Below are positions 36,034-46,510 of a stretch of 64,000 nucleotides of DNA, one piece after another. The stretch is from Candidatus Omnitrophota bacterium (GTDB taxonomy: Bacteria; Omnitrophota; Gorgyraeia; Duberdicusellales; 4484-171), in the NCBI GenBank assembly GCA_024542985.1, contig JAMXCX010000001.1, positions 3,137 to 67,136 on the forward strand, in the 5' to 3' direction. The notes under the pieces are model-generated. The model searched no databases. It was not told the origin of the DNA and saw only the letters and a program-made list of their open reading frames with translations. The position numbers were made by a program, and so were the translations under genes. Position 1 is the first letter of the stretch. Every line of letters begins with the position of its first letter.

Positions 36034-38681
36034 CAGCTTGTAAATTTACGAAAGGCTTCTTTTACCTTATCTAAAAAATCATCACCCATATTTAACACGA
36101 CTCCGCGAACTATTTTATCTGTTCCTCCGCCAGTCAAAGATAACTCTTTTTTAAACCCGGAAATAAATTTTTTACAACTTAATCCCTTTTTAAAAAGATC
36201 ATCTGTAGCTGAACAAATAAAAATGTCTTTACCTTCAGCGCTCCTTACGATAAAAATAAATACCGAACCTATCCCTTGTTTTAGCCTATCTGACAATAAG
36301 GGCATTATACGGGATTGTTCTTTACTTGAAAATGAATCATTATTAAAATTAAATAAAAAATTAACCCCATTTATACTTTCTTTACCGATAATATCCCCTT
36401 TTTGAGATATTATTTGTTCCTTTTGCCGGGTAACTTCCTGATTAATTTGCTTCTGGCTGAGCTTTTCATCTTCCTTTGAACTCTTGCTCTCTTGCTCTTT
36501 CGCGCTCTTGAGAGCCTGCCTTAAGTTTTCTGCTTCCTTACCCACTACAGCTCTAATACGCCTGATGCCGCTGCTTATAGAAGTTTCCGATTCAATTTCA
36601 AAATCTCCTATTTGGGAAGTATTATCAACATGAGTTCCGCCGCATAATTCTTTACTGTAATCAGAAATAGAGACTACTCTTACTTTATCCTGGTATTTAT
36701 CCTTAAAAAAAGCAAGTGCGCCTTGTTTTTTTGCTTCTTCCAAGCTAAGCTCTTTCTTCTCAACCTTTTGCGAATTTGAGATGAATCTCATGACTAAATT
36801 TCCTACTTTTTCCAATTCCTCTTTAGTCAACCGATTAAAATGTGTAAAATCGAATCTGAATTTATCTTCATCGACCAAAGAACCTTGTTGAACCACGTGC
36901 TCTCCTAAAACTTTCCTTAAAGCGGCCTGCAGGAGATGAGTGGCACTATGGGCCCTGGCCAGAGCTTGCCTTCTTTCTTTATCGACTGAAGCAGCTGCCT
37001 TACCCGGATGTATCTCTCCCTTGATAACTTTTCCTTTATGAAGAATAGAAACACCTGCCATTTTATAGACTATTTCTACGCTAAATTCTCCACTTTTTGT
37101 CTTTATGCGTCCCTTATCTGATAACTGGCCGCCGCCCTCCGGGTAAAAGGGTGTTTTATTTTCCCCAAAATTAATCAGTCCTTCCTCACCTTCTTTTAAA
37201 ACAGCTGCTTCCTTTGTGTAATCAGTTTTCTCATTCTTAACAGAAAAAATTTGAACTATTTCTGTTTCTAATTCTAAATCTTCCTGACCGGCAAAAATAC
37301 CTACACCTTTAACAATAGTAACATTGTCTTTAAAAATATTTCCATCAAACATACTTGCCTTACGGGAGCGCTCCTGCTGTTCTTTAAGCAGTTTTTTAGC
37401 TCCTACAAAATCTATAACCTGCTCATCTATACCATAATTACTAGCGGTGGCTGCAATTGCATCAAAAGAAAACCCCCAAGTATCATGAAGATTAAATAAT
37501 GTTTGTGCGTCTATTTTATCTTGTGATCCTTTTTTTACTTTTTCGGACTCAGCTAAAAACTTTTGGGCTCCCTGTTTTAATATAGGAATAAAACTTTTCT
37601 CCTCAGCCTTAATTACTTTGCTAATAATGTCTTTTTTCTTTAAGATATCATCATAGGCCTTAGCAGGATAAGCATCTTGCATAAGCTGCCCATAGATATT
37701 AACAAGTTCATATAAGAACGGCTTATCATTTCCTAAAAGATATGCGTTGCATAGCGCTTTCCTGATAATTTTACGTATCACATATCCTCGACCCTCATTA
37801 GAAGGGTATATACCGTCAGAAATCGCAAAAGTTGCCGCCCGGGAATGGTCAACGATTAAATATATTAAGCTTTTATTTTTTTTGTCCAGCTGATTAACTT
37901 TTAGTATTTTCTGAACTAGCTCAACTGCCGGCTGTAAAATATCAATTTCAAAATTGGATTCTTTACCCTGTAAGACTGCAGCCATTCTCTCTAGGCCCAT
38001 TCCGGTATCAATATTTTTCTGCGGCAGGGGCTCTAATTTATTTTTCCCTACCCGGTTAAACTGGGTAAAAACTAAATTCCAAATCTCAACAAACCGGCCA
38101 CAGCTGCAATCGGGATTACAACTTTTTTTACCGCAACCAATAGTCTTCCCTCTATCAACAAAAATCTCTGAACACGGCCCGCAAACTCCGTTGGGTCCCT
38201 GGGAAGGAGCATTTGCCGGCCAATAATTACTTTCCTCCCCCAGTTTTACTATTTTTTTCTCCGGCACCCCAATACAATTTTTCCAAACAGAATAAGCTTG
38301 TTTGTCATCTTTATAAACAGAGACCCATAAATTTTCTTTTGAAATATTCACCTCTTTAGTTACAAATTCCCAGGCAAATTCAATTGCTTCTTTTTTAAAG
38401 TAATCACCAAAGGAAAAATTACCCAGCATCTCAAAGAAAGTATGGTGGTAATCTGTCTTGCCAACTCTCTCTAAGTCTCCGGTGCGCAAGCACTTCTGGC
38501 AAGATACAGCTCTCTTTATATCCTTTTTTTCTCCTAAAAAATAGGGCTTAAACTGGTTCATTCCGGCAGAGGTAAAAAGAAGAGATTTATCAGCAGGCAC
38601 TAAGGTATCTGAAGAAAAAAGAGTATGACTTTTCTTCTTAAAAAACTCTAAAAATCTTTTTCTTAATTCGTTAGTTTTCAA
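36033..38681 (-). CDS. alaS: Alanine-tRNA ligase
   Basis: FTSAGMNQFK, HHTFFEMLGNFSFGDY, DTGMGLER, editing HSATH and ELCGGTH. Confidence 0.97.
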   Translation of the reverse strand: MKTNELRKRFLEFFKKKSHTLFSSDTLVPADKSLLFTSAGMNQFKPYFLGEKKDIKRAVSCQKCLRTGDLERVGKTDYHHTFFEMLGNFSFGDYFKKEAIEFAWEFVTKEVNISKENLWVSVYKDDKQAYSVWKNCIGVPEKKIVKLGEESNYWPANAPSQGPNGVCGPCSEIFVDRGKTIGCGKKSCNPDCSCGRFVEIWNLVFTQFNRVGKNKLEPLPQKNIDTGMGLERMAAVLQGKESNFEIDILQPAVELVQKILKVNQLDKKNKSLIYLIVDHSRAATFAISDGIYPSNEGRGYVIRKIIRKALCNAYLLGNDKPFLYELVNIYGQLMQDAYPAKAYDDILKKKDIISKVIKAEEKSFIPILKQGAQKFLAESEKVKKGSQDKIDAQTLFNLHDTWGFSFDAIAATASNYGIDEQVIDFVGAKKLLKEQQERSRKASMFDGNIFKDNVTIVKGVGIFAGQEDLELETEIVQIFSVKNEKTDYTKEAAVLKEGEEGLINFGENKTPFYPEGGGQLSDKGRIKTKSGEFSVEIVYKMAGVSILHKGKVIKGEIHPGKAAASVDKERRQALARAHSATHLLQAALRKVLGEHVVQQGSLVDEDKFRFDFTHFNRLTKEELEKVGNLVMRFISNSQKVEKKELSLEEAKKQGALAFFKDKYQDKVRVVSISDYSKELCGGTHVDNTSQIGDFEIESETSISSGIRRIRAVVGKEAENLRQALKSAKEQESKSSKEDEKLSQKQINQEVTRQKEQIISQKGDIIGKESINGVNFLFNFNNDSFSSKEQSRIMPLLSDRLKQGIGSVFIFIVRSAEGKDIFICSATDDLFKKGLSCKKFISGFKKELSLTGGGTDKIVRGVVLNMGDDFLDKVKEAFRKFTS

Positions 38682-39144
38682 AGCTCCCCAACCCTAAATT
38701 CTGCATCTCCCTAAAGATATCTTCATAATCAAACCCTTTTGCCGTTAAGACCCTAATTATGCGCTGGTATATTAACTTTTTGGATAAAGAAGGCTTAATT
38801 TTTCTATAATAAGCACTTCTTTTTTGGGCAATTTCTCTGATTCTATCAGAATATACTTGTCCCTGTAATGCTTGCTCGCGGAAGCGAAAGGATATGCCTA
38901 ATTTTTTAAGATTGAAATCAATTCTTCTCGGCCCCCACCCTTTCTGTAATGAATAGGAAACAAAAGAATCGACAAACTTTTTATCATTTATATAATTATT
39001 ATCTTCCAGATAATTTAGTACTTCTTTGGCTAGGGAGAAACTATAACCTTTTTTCTTCAGGCGAAAGATTAGCTCATTTTTACTTCTTTCTCTATACTTT
39101 AGAAGCAAAAAGGAATACTTGAGAGCTTTATTAAAATCTTTCAC
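38671..39144 (-). CDS. recX: Recombination regulator RecX
   Basis: LLKYRERSKNEL..RLKKKG, YINDKKF, GPRRI..L..LGI, KGF. Confidence 0.85.
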   Translation of the reverse strand: MKDFNKALKYSFLLLKYRERSKNELIFRLKKKGYSFSLAKEVLNYLEDNNYINDKKFVDSFVSYSLQKGWGPRRIDFNLKKLGISFRFREQALQGQVYSDRIREIAQKRSAYYRKIKPSLSKKLIYQRIIRVLTAKGFDYEDIFREMQNLGLGSFEN

Positions 39145-40562
39145 CGCTTGGAATCGCTCTTAACCACAAAAAATCCTCTATTCGTTTTAAAAAGACAGTT
39201 CCCTTTTATCTTAGATATAGCAAATTTAAAATCTTCCTTTTTGCGTATTTTAGTTTTTTCTATCTTCAAAATAACATCACCTATCCGAATCCCGCTTTTA
39301 TCGGCTAAAGAGCCGTCTTCAATGTCAATGATTACTACTCCTTTTTCTGCCTTTATTCGAAATTTTCTCTTGTAAACAGCTGATATATTATCCACAGTCA
39401 TGCCTCGAAAATATGTCTCTATATTTTGTGCTTTGGCTCGAGATTCTTGAGCACCAGTGGGCAACTTGCCTATTCTTACCCGTATAGTCATTGCTTCTCC
39501 TGAGCGGACTATCCTAAAAGGAATAATACTGCCAACTTCAGAATAAGAAACCATTGTCACTATATCTTTTGTTGTCTTTACCGGCTGATCGCCAAAAGAT
39601 AAAATTAAATCTCCTTCTTTAAGACCGCTTTTTTCTGCCGGAGAATCTTTATAAACCTTTAATACTATCACGCCTTTTCTTTCTTTAATCCCGAAATAAT
39701 TACGTAAATCATCGTTTAAATCCTGAATATTTACTCCTAACCAACCATAGAGAACTTTCTCTCCCTTTATCAACTTACTTAAAATTAGCTTCGCTCTGTT
39801 AATTGGTATAGCAAAACCTATTCCTTGATAACCGCCGGAAGTAGTAATAATGGCGGTATTAATACCGATAACCTTTCCTTCTAGATTCACTAACGGGCCT
39901 CCGCTGTTCCCGGGATTAATAGCAGCATCAGTCTGGATGAGGTCATCGTAGCCAACCTCTCTTCTTCCTAAAGCCGGCAAATAACGGTGCAAAGCGCTTA
40001 CTACCCCTACAGTAACAGTAGGTTCAGGACTACCGATGGCAAAACCAAAGGGATTTCCTACCGCTATAACCCATTGGCCTATCTTTAAGTTGTTTGAATT
40101 GCCGAGCTTTGCCGCTGGTAACCTTTTAGCGTCTATCTTTATTACGGCTAAATCTCTTCTTTTATCCGTTCCTTTAATTTCGGCATTAAATTCTCTTCCG
40201 TCAGAAAGCTTAACTTTTACTTGGCTTGCTCCGGATATAACATGCTCGTTAGTAAGAATATAACCGTCCTTATCAATTATTATTCCGCTGCCTAAACCTA
40301 CTCTTTCATATTCACGTTCCGGAAGAGATCCAAAAAACTCTTCAAAAAATCTCTGAAAATAACTGTCTTGAAAATCATTGAACGGAGAATTAAAATAAGA
40401 TCTCCTGCCAAGCTTTTCTTTAACTACACTGCTAATCGAAACCACTGATTCTCCGATCTTAGATGCAACATCTATTGTGGATTTTTCGATAGTCTGGAGA
40501 TTTTGAGAATAAAGCGGGAAAGGGATAAAAATGCAGATTAATAATATTATGTATTTTCTCAT
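39141..40562 (-). CDS. Do/DegP-family serine protease with two PDZ domains
   Basis: Signal peptide (start likely MRKYIIL at 40562), LTNEHV, DLAV, QTDAAINPGNSGGPL. Confidence 0.93.
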   Translation of the reverse strand: MRKYIILLICIFIPFPLYSQNLQTIEKSTIDVASKIGESVVSISSVVKEKLGRRSYFNSPFNDFQDSYFQRFFEEFFGSLPEREYERVGLGSGIIIDKDGYILTNEHVISGASQVKVKLSDGREFNAEIKGTDKRRDLAVIKIDAKRLPAAKLGNSNNLKIGQWVIAVGNPFGFAIGSPEPTVTVGVVSALHRYLPALGRREVGYDDLIQTDAAINPGNSGGPLVNLEGKVIGINTAIITTSGGYQGIGFAIPINRAKLILSKLIKGEKVLYGWLGVNIQDLNDDLRNYFGIKERKGVIVLKVYKDSPAEKSGLKEGDLILSFGDQPVKTTKDIVTMVSYSEVGSIIPFRIVRSGEAMTIRVRIGKLPTGAQESRAKAQNIETYFRGMTVDNISAVYKRKFRIKAEKGVVIIDIEDGSLADKSGIRIGDVILKIEKTKIRKKEDFKFAISKIKGNCLFKTNRGFFVVKSDSKR

Positions 40563-40644
40563 TACTGCTCCTCTTTTATAATTCACAACTCATAGCCCTA
40601 AAGCCGTCAGATTACCGAGCGTAAAATTTTCTATAGACTGGCCG

Positions 40645-41664
40645 TTAGTTCTGTTTTGCTGCAGAAACCGTCTTTTCTAATTCTTCCTCAACCTCTTTCT
40701 TTAAGGACTCGCTTTCGTTGAATAAGCCTCTTAATTGCTCCTTGCCTTGAGCTAAGTTTTTATCTTTGTAAGAAAACCAGCTCCCAGATTTTTTTATTAC
40801 CCCTTCCTCTATTGCGGCATCGATTAAAGCGCCTACTTTTGACACGCCTTCATTATACATTATTTCAAAAATAGCTTCCTTAAACGGCGGGGCAACCTTA
40901 TTCTTTACTATTTTTGCTCTTACCTTTATACCCACTGCTCCTTGGGAAGTTGTAATGGTAGCTATCCTTCTTAAATCTATCCTCATCGAGGAATAGAATT
41001 TCAAAGCTCTGCCTCCCGGAGTGACCTCCGGAGAGCCAAACATCACGCCTATTTTTTGCCGCAATTGGTTAATAAACACCACGCATACCTTGGACTTACC
41101 TATCGCTGCTGTCAACTTCCGTAAAGCTTGGCTCATCAAACGCGCCTGCAAGGCAATCTGATGATCTCCCATTTGGCCCTCTATCTCCGCACGAGGCACT
41201 AAAGCAGCAACAGAATCAACTACAATTATATCAACTGCATTGGATCTAACCAAAGCCTCTACAATCTCTAAGGCTTGCTCTCCTGTATCCGGCTGAGAAA
41301 TCAAAAGATCTTCTAATTTTACCCCAATTAACTTGGCATAACTAGGATCGAAAGCGTGCTCAGCATCTATAAAAGCTGCGACTCCGTCAGGAGCTTCTTG
41401 AGCTTGAGCGATAATACTCAAAGTGAGGGTTGTTTTACCTGAAGATTCAGGTCCGTAAACCTCAACTACTCTGCCCCGAGGAAGACCCCCGATGCCCAAG
41501 GCTTTATCTAATGAAAATATACCTGTAGGTAAACACTCTACGTCAAATCTTACACTTTCACCCATTCTCATTATTGCGCCTTTACCGAATTGCTTTTCTA
41601 TCTGGGCAAGAGCCAAATCCAAAGCTTTTTGTTTGTTTGTTGACACATTCTTCTCTTTTGCCAT
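40645..41664 (-). CDS. recA: Recombinase A
   Basis: [38 protein letters not shown]. Confidence 0.98.
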   Translation of the reverse strand: MAKEKNVSTNKQKALDLALAQIEKQFGKGAIMRMGESVRFDVECLPTGIFSLDKALGIGGLPRGRVVEVYGPESSGKTTLTLSIIAQAQEAPDGVAAFIDAEHAFDPSYAKLIGVKLEDLLISQPDTGEQALEIVEALVRSNAVDIIVVDSVAALVPRAEIEGQMGDHQIALQARLMSQALRKLTAAIGKSKVCVVFINQLRQKIGVMFGSPEVTPGGRALKFYSSMRIDLRRIATITTSQGAVGIKVRAKIVKNKVAPPFKEAIFEIMYNEGVSKVGALIDAAIEEGVIKKSGSWFSYKDKNLAQGKEQLRGLFNESESLKKEVEEELEKTVSAAKQN

Positions 41665-41821
41665 AAATCCTCCCTTTTTTCTAGCCCCTAGTCCCCAGCC
41701 GATAAGCCCCTAGACTATGTGCGGTTTTAAAGTTATATTTGCACCCACTACCGCTGATAAATACCAAACTTTAATATTCTTAACTGTTAATTAAAATTAA
41801 CCCATCTTTAAAATTATACAA

Positions 41822-41850
41822 ATTATACCTTTGATAATATTTTCTGTCAA
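41822..41850 (-). promoter_or_regulatory. Consensus sigma70 promoter upstream of recA
   Basis: Perfect TTGACA-17 nt-TATAAT. Confidence 0.8.
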
Positions 41851-41885
41851 ACAGCTTAAATCCTTAAAAAATCTGGGCTTATATA

Positions 41886-42494
41886 TTAAAAACGGTTTTC
41901 ACGTCTATTCAGCAGCCTCTTTATATTTTTCTTATGCCTTAGCAAAATAAATATAAAGAGAAGAAAAGAAAGAATTTTAACCTCTTTAGATAAAGAAAAG
42001 ATAAAGGAAAAAACAAGAAATGCTGCTGCTGCAAATATAGAGGCCAAAGACACAAATCTAGATACGAGAAAAACAATAACCCAAATACAAAGGGAAAAAA
42101 CTAAAACAATCCATAATTTAGGAAAAATCAAACTCAAACCAGTCATTGCTCCCAAGCTAGTTGCAACTCCTTTGCCGCCTTTAAACCTTAAAAATATAGT
42201 CCAATTATGCCCGCAAACAGTAAACACAGTCACTAAAACTGCTGCAATATGAATATGGCTGGTTCCCCCCACATACGATTTAACCAAAAAAAGAGGCAAA
42301 AACCCCTTTAAAAAATCAAGAATAAAGACAAAAATGCCCCATTTTCTGCCTACTACACGGAAAACATTGGTTGCTCCGATATTACCAGAACCGAATTTCC
42401 TAATATCTATCCCTTTGACAAAGTAAGCAACCAGGAAACCAGAAGGTATACTTCCTATAAGATAACTAAGTACTATAAGGCTAATTATTCCCAT
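41886..42494 (-). CDS. plsY: Glycerol-3-phosphate acyltransferase
   Basis: YLIGSIP, GSGNIGATN..R, DFLKG, GH...FKGGKGVAT, RH..NI.RL. Confidence 0.95.
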   Translation of the reverse strand: MGIISLIVLSYLIGSIPSGFLVAYFVKGIDIRKFGSGNIGATNVFRVVGRKWGIFVFILDFLKGFLPLFLVKSYVGGTSHIHIAAVLVTVFTVCGHNWTIFLRFKGGKGVATSLGAMTGLSLIFPKLWIVLVFSLCIWVIVFLVSRFVSLASIFAAAAFLVFSFIFSLSKEVKILSFLLFIFILLRHKKNIKRLLNRRENRF

Positions 42495-43035
42495 TATTTA
42501 TAGCTTTTATTCCTCTTATAAAATAGTCTATTCCGGAAATCAAGGTAAAAGTTACTGCTATTTTCCAAACCCATGAGAAAAACGGCACATTAAACAAAAG
42601 ACTCAAAATTGTAAACATTTGGAAAAAAGTGGTTAATTTACCCGCTAAAGTCGGAGCTAGGGATGTCTCTACTTTAAGAAAATTAAGTATTGTCAATCCT
42701 GAAATAATAATTATATCCCTACTTACAACTACAAGAACAATACCCAGAGGCATTTGGTACTTTAAAGGCAAAACCTCTCTTAAGAGATAAAGCGAAATAA
42801 AAGCTGAAAACAAAAGGAGTTTATCGGCTAAAGGGTCAATAATCTGCCCGATATTTGATTTTTCTTTCCTTATCCTTGCTGCCAAACCGTCAAAAAAATC
42901 GCTAAGTACTGCTAGGATAAATACCCCTGCCGCCCATAGGATTAAATTATGATATGTCCGCGAATAGATCAACAAAGAAACAAATACCGGAATAAGAATA
43001 ATCCTTATACTAGATAGTTTATCAGCTAAATTCAT
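42481..43035 (-). CDS. pgsA: CDP-alcohol phosphatidyltransferase (PgsA-like)
   Basis: D..DG..AR...G...DP.ADK motif, SRD, GKL.T..Q. Confidence 0.8.
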   Translation of the reverse strand: MNLADKLSSIRIILIPVFVSLLIYSRTYHNLILWAAGVFILAVLSDFFDGLAARIRKEKSNIGQIIDPLADKLLLFSAFISLYLLREVLPLKYQMPLGIVLVVVSRDIIIISGLTILNFLKVETSLAPTLAGKLTTFFQMFTILSLLFNVPFFSWVWKIAVTFTLISGIDYFIRGIKAINNGNN

Positions 43036-43056
43036 CTTTTAGCAAAAGTTGTCCTT

Positions 43057-43347
43057 TTAAGGCTTTAAAGCTGTTCCGTCGTAAGGACAATATTCAACTG
43101 AAGAAGAAAACTTTCTACCGCAAACAGAACAAAATAGTTTTCGTTTTTCAAGCTTTGCAACCGCACTAGATGCAGTAGGGGCTACTCTTTTTGATTTATT
43201 CTTTATGCTGCCCGAAGCTGCCCTAGGGCTGGAACGCACCGGAAACATATCTTCAATCGCACTGGCAGTTGTGGCTTCTCTTTGAATTATTGTGCACCCA
43301 GCCAAAAAATACAAATACCCGGCTATAAATACTGCTAAACACCTCAT
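43057..43347 (-). CDS. Predicted lipoprotein with a C-terminal zinc-ribbon-like motif
   Basis: Lipobox LAG|C, low-complexity linker, CSVCG...CPYDG; SD AAGGAGG. Confidence 0.7.
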   Translation of the reverse strand: MRCLAVFIAGYLYFLAGCTIIQREATTASAIEDMFPVRSSPRAASGSIKNKSKRVAPTASSAVAKLEKRKLFCSVCGRKFSSSVEYCPYDGTALKP

Positions 43348-43389
43348 GACTGCCCTCCTTAATGAAACTTACGTTTTTTCATAGCTCAA

Positions 43390-43974
43390 CTACTCTATAG
43401 TAGTTATTCTCTTTGGCGGCCACCAAATAAATATAGCCTTTCCAACAATATCAGATTCTTCAACAAAACCCCAAAATCGGCCGTCCAATGAGGAAATGCT
43501 ATTATCTCCGAGAAAAAAATACTTACCCTTCGGGATGACTATTTCTTGGGCATCTTTAGCCCACTTTCCCTGGTTATAATAATAATTTCTTGCTATCCTA
43601 GGGTCAACTAAAATTTTACCGTTTACATAAACATTGCCGTCTTTCAAAACGACGGTATCTGAGCCTTGAGCAATCAACCTTTTTATATAAGCTTTCTTTC
43701 TATCATGAGGAGGTATGAAAACAATAACCTCTCCCGCTTTAGGCTTTGTAAACCCTTTTATGCGAAATTTAGTAAAGGGTATCTTTGGGCCAAAGGTGAG
43801 TTTGCTTACAAAAATCTTATCTCCCGGCATAAGGGTAGGAACCATGGAAGTTGTAGGAATTTTATAAATCTGGAAGAAAAATGTCCGTAAGAATATTGCT
43901 AAAACAGCAGCAATAATTATTGATTCAACCCATTCTCTTAATTGACTTTTTTTATTGGTTATATTCTTATCCAT
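43390..43974 (-). CDS. lepB: Signal peptidase I
   Basis: IPTTSM.PTL..GD, YIKR, GDN...SLDGRFWG. Confidence 0.95.
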   Translation of the reverse strand: MDKNITNKKSQLREWVESIIIAAVLAIFLRTFFFQIYKIPTTSMVPTLMPGDKIFVSKLTFGPKIPFTKFRIKGFTKPKAGEVIVFIPPHDRKKAYIKRLIAQGSDTVVLKDGNVYVNGKILVDPRIARNYYYNQGKWAKDAQEIVIPKGKYFFLGDNSISSLDGRFWGFVEESDIVGKAIFIWWPPKRITTIE

Positions 43975-43999
43975 AGTTATCTCCGGCTGAATCTAGCTC

Positions 44000-45796
44000 T
44001 TACATCTTCAGGACTTCTAAAAACGCACTCTGGGGGACACTTATATTGCCTAATTGTTTCATTCTCTTTTTACCCTCTTTTTGTTTTTCCCAAAGTTTTC
44101 TCTTACGAGTAATATCTCCACCATAGCATTTAGCAGTAACATTTTTTTTCAAAGCTGACACCCTGGCAGAGGCAATAATTTTTGCTCCTATTGCAGCTTG
44201 AATATTTACTTCGTACATCTGACGCGGAATTAATTCTTTAAACCTATCGACTACTGCCCGAGCTTTACTTTCTGCTTTCATTCGATGCACAAGAAGAGAA
44301 AAAGCTTCTGTTTTTTTCTTATTAAAAAGAATATCAATCTTTACGATATCGGTTTTCCGGTATTCTATAAACTCATAGTCAAAAGAAGCATAACCCTTAG
44401 TCAAAGACTTTATCTTATCATAAAAATCAACAATTATTTCTGCTAGAGGAAGGTTAAAGATAATACTCAACCTATCTTTGCCTAAATAATCCATTTTTAC
44501 GAATTCTCCCCGCCGGGATTTTGCCAAATTGCATAAAGATTCCATACCGTCAATTGGTGAAATTATAGTGGCTTTAACAAAAGGTTCCCTAATCTGCTCT
44601 ATACAAGAAGGGTCTGGGAGCTGATGAGGGCTTGCGATATTTTCTACTTCTTGGCTCCCTTTTCTTTCTAATTTATACATAACGTTAGGAGAAGTAGGAA
44701 TAAGATCTAGACCGTATTCCCGCTGTAGCCTCTCTTGAACTATTTCCATATGAAGAAGGCCAAGAAAACCGCAATGGAAACCATGCCCTAAAGCGCCTAA
44801 AGTGTCGGGTTCGTAAGTAAAAGAAGGATCTGACAATTTCAGTTTCTCTATAGCTTCTCTTAAAGCCGGATAGTCTTTCGGGGCTGAAGGAAATACCCCG
44901 CAAAAAACCATAGGCGACATCTTGGTATACCTCTCAAAGGGCCTCTTCGTAGGATTAGTTGATGAAGTAACCGTGTCACCTACGTCAATTTCTTGAGGGT
45001 TTTTTATGTTGCAACATATATAGCCAACCTCGCCGCAAAAAAGCGATTCTTTTTTCTGCGCTTGAGGCAAAAACACTCCTACTTCTTCCACCCTATAACT
45101 TTTATTTTGATGCATAAGAAGAATAGTATCGCCTAGAGATATTTTACCGTCAAATACCCTTAAAAAAAGGACAACTCCCCTATAAGAATCATAACTAGAA
45201 TCAAATAAAACTGCCCTTAACGGCTTATCAATATCACCCAGGGGCGCAGGAGTTTCTTCAATAACCCTTTGTAATAATTCCTGTGTTCCTTTACCATCCT
45301 TGGCAGAAATAAGATAAATTTCTTCTTCTTTAAAACCAAAAGCATCAAAAAGCTCATTCTTGCTTCTGGGGATATCTGCTCCAGGCAAATCTATTTTATT
45401 AAGCACCGGTATAATCTTTAAATTAGCTTCTAAGGCCAAATTAAAATTAGCTACTGTTTGAGCTTCAACCCCTTGAGAAGCATCAACCAGAAGAATAGCG
45501 CATTCACAAGCTTTTAAGGATTTAGCTACCTCATAAGCAAAATCAACATGTCCTGGGGTATCAATGAGATTTAAGATATAGTCCTGATTATTATACTTAA
45601 AATTCAGACGCACTGCTTTTGCTTTTATGGTAATTCCTCTTTCTTTTTCCAAATCCATATCATCAAGCATTTGCTCAGCTATTTTGTTTTTATTTACAGC
45701 CCCGGTCATTTCTAAAAACCGGTCGGCTAAGGTAGACTTGCCATGGTCAATGTGGGCGATAATACAAAAATTTCTTATTTGTTTCTGGTGGTCCAT
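44000..45796 (-). CDS. lepA: Elongation factor 4
   Basis: AHIDHGKSTLAD, DTPGHVDF, GFLGLLH, KCYGGDITRKRKL. Confidence 0.98.
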   Translation of the reverse strand: MDHQKQIRNFCIIAHIDHGKSTLADRFLEMTGAVNKNKIAEQMLDDMDLEKERGITIKAKAVRLNFKYNNQDYILNLIDTPGHVDFAYEVAKSLKACECAILLVDASQGVEAQTVANFNLALEANLKIIPVLNKIDLPGADIPRSKNELFDAFGFKEEEIYLISAKDGKGTQELLQRVIEETPAPLGDIDKPLRAVLFDSSYDSYRGVVLFLRVFDGKISLGDTILLMHQNKSYRVEEVGVFLPQAQKKESLFCGEVGYICCNIKNPQEIDVGDTVTSSTNPTKRPFERYTKMSPMVFCGVFPSAPKDYPALREAIEKLKLSDPSFTYEPDTLGALGHGFHCGFLGLLHMEIVQERLQREYGLDLIPTSPNVMYKLERKGSQEVENIASPHQLPDPSCIEQIREPFVKATIISPIDGMESLCNLAKSRRGEFVKMDYLGKDRLSIIFNLPLAEIIVDFYDKIKSLTKGYASFDYEFIEYRKTDIVKIDILFNKKKTEAFSLLVHRMKAESKARAVVDRFKELIPRQMYEVNIQAAIGAKIIASARVSALKKNVTAKCYGGDITRKRKLWEKQKEGKKRMKQLGNISVPQSAFLEVLKM

Positions 45797-45841
45797 ATCA
45801 TTTTAAATAGCTTATTAAAGAATAATCGCTCCTTTTGCTTC

Positions 45842-46510
45842 CTATTTCGTAGAGGAGTGATCTGTTGACTTAGATTCAATATGCCTAGCCAATAGCTCAA
45901 CTGTACCTTCGATAGTTAAAGTGCTAGTGTCAATGCGCACGGCATCTTCACTAATAGTCAAAGGGCCAACCGTTCTATTTTTATCTGCATAATCACGTTT
46001 TTCTAAATCTGTTCTGACTTCTTCAGGGTCAACATCAAGACCTTTTTCTTTTAGTTCTTTAAAACGCCTTTGGGCTCTTATTTTTGGGTCAGCATCAAGA
46101 TAAAATTTGTATTTACTTTCAGGAAAAACAACAGTAGTTATATCTCGCCCTTCTACTACAAAATTTCCTTCCGAGGCTATTTTTCTTTGCAACTCGACCA
46201 TTACTTTGCGGACCTGCGGGAAAGATACTACCGTAGAGATATTTTTATCTATGAGAGGATCTCTTATTTTCTTGCTTATATCTATACCTTTTAGGTATAT
46301 TTCGTTAGCGTTTATTCTTATATCTAAATTTTTTGCTAAATTTAGCAGCGAATTCTCATCGGATAAGCTCAAACCGCCTTCTATGGCCGCGTAAGTTAGA
46401 GAACGGTAAGTGGCTCCTGTATCAAGATAAAAAAACCCTATTTTTTTCGCTAGAAGCTTAGCGGTTGATGTTTTGCCAGAACCAGCAGGACCATCTATGG
46501 CTATAATCAT
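45842..46510 (-). CDS. cmk: Cytidylate kinase
   Basis: IDGPAGSGKT, LDTGA.YR, VEGRDI.TVVFP, RD..D..R. Confidence 0.95.
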   Translation of the reverse strand: MIIAIDGPAGSGKTSTAKLLAKKIGFFYLDTGATYRSLTYAAIEGGLSLSDENSLLNLAKNLDIRINANEIYLKGIDISKKIRDPLIDKNISTVVSFPQVRKVMVELQRKIASEGNFVVEGRDITTVVFPESKYKFYLDADPKIRAQRRFKELKEKGLDVDPEEVRTDLEKRDYADKNRTVGPLTISEDAVRIDTSTLTIEGTVELLARHIESKSTDHSSTK

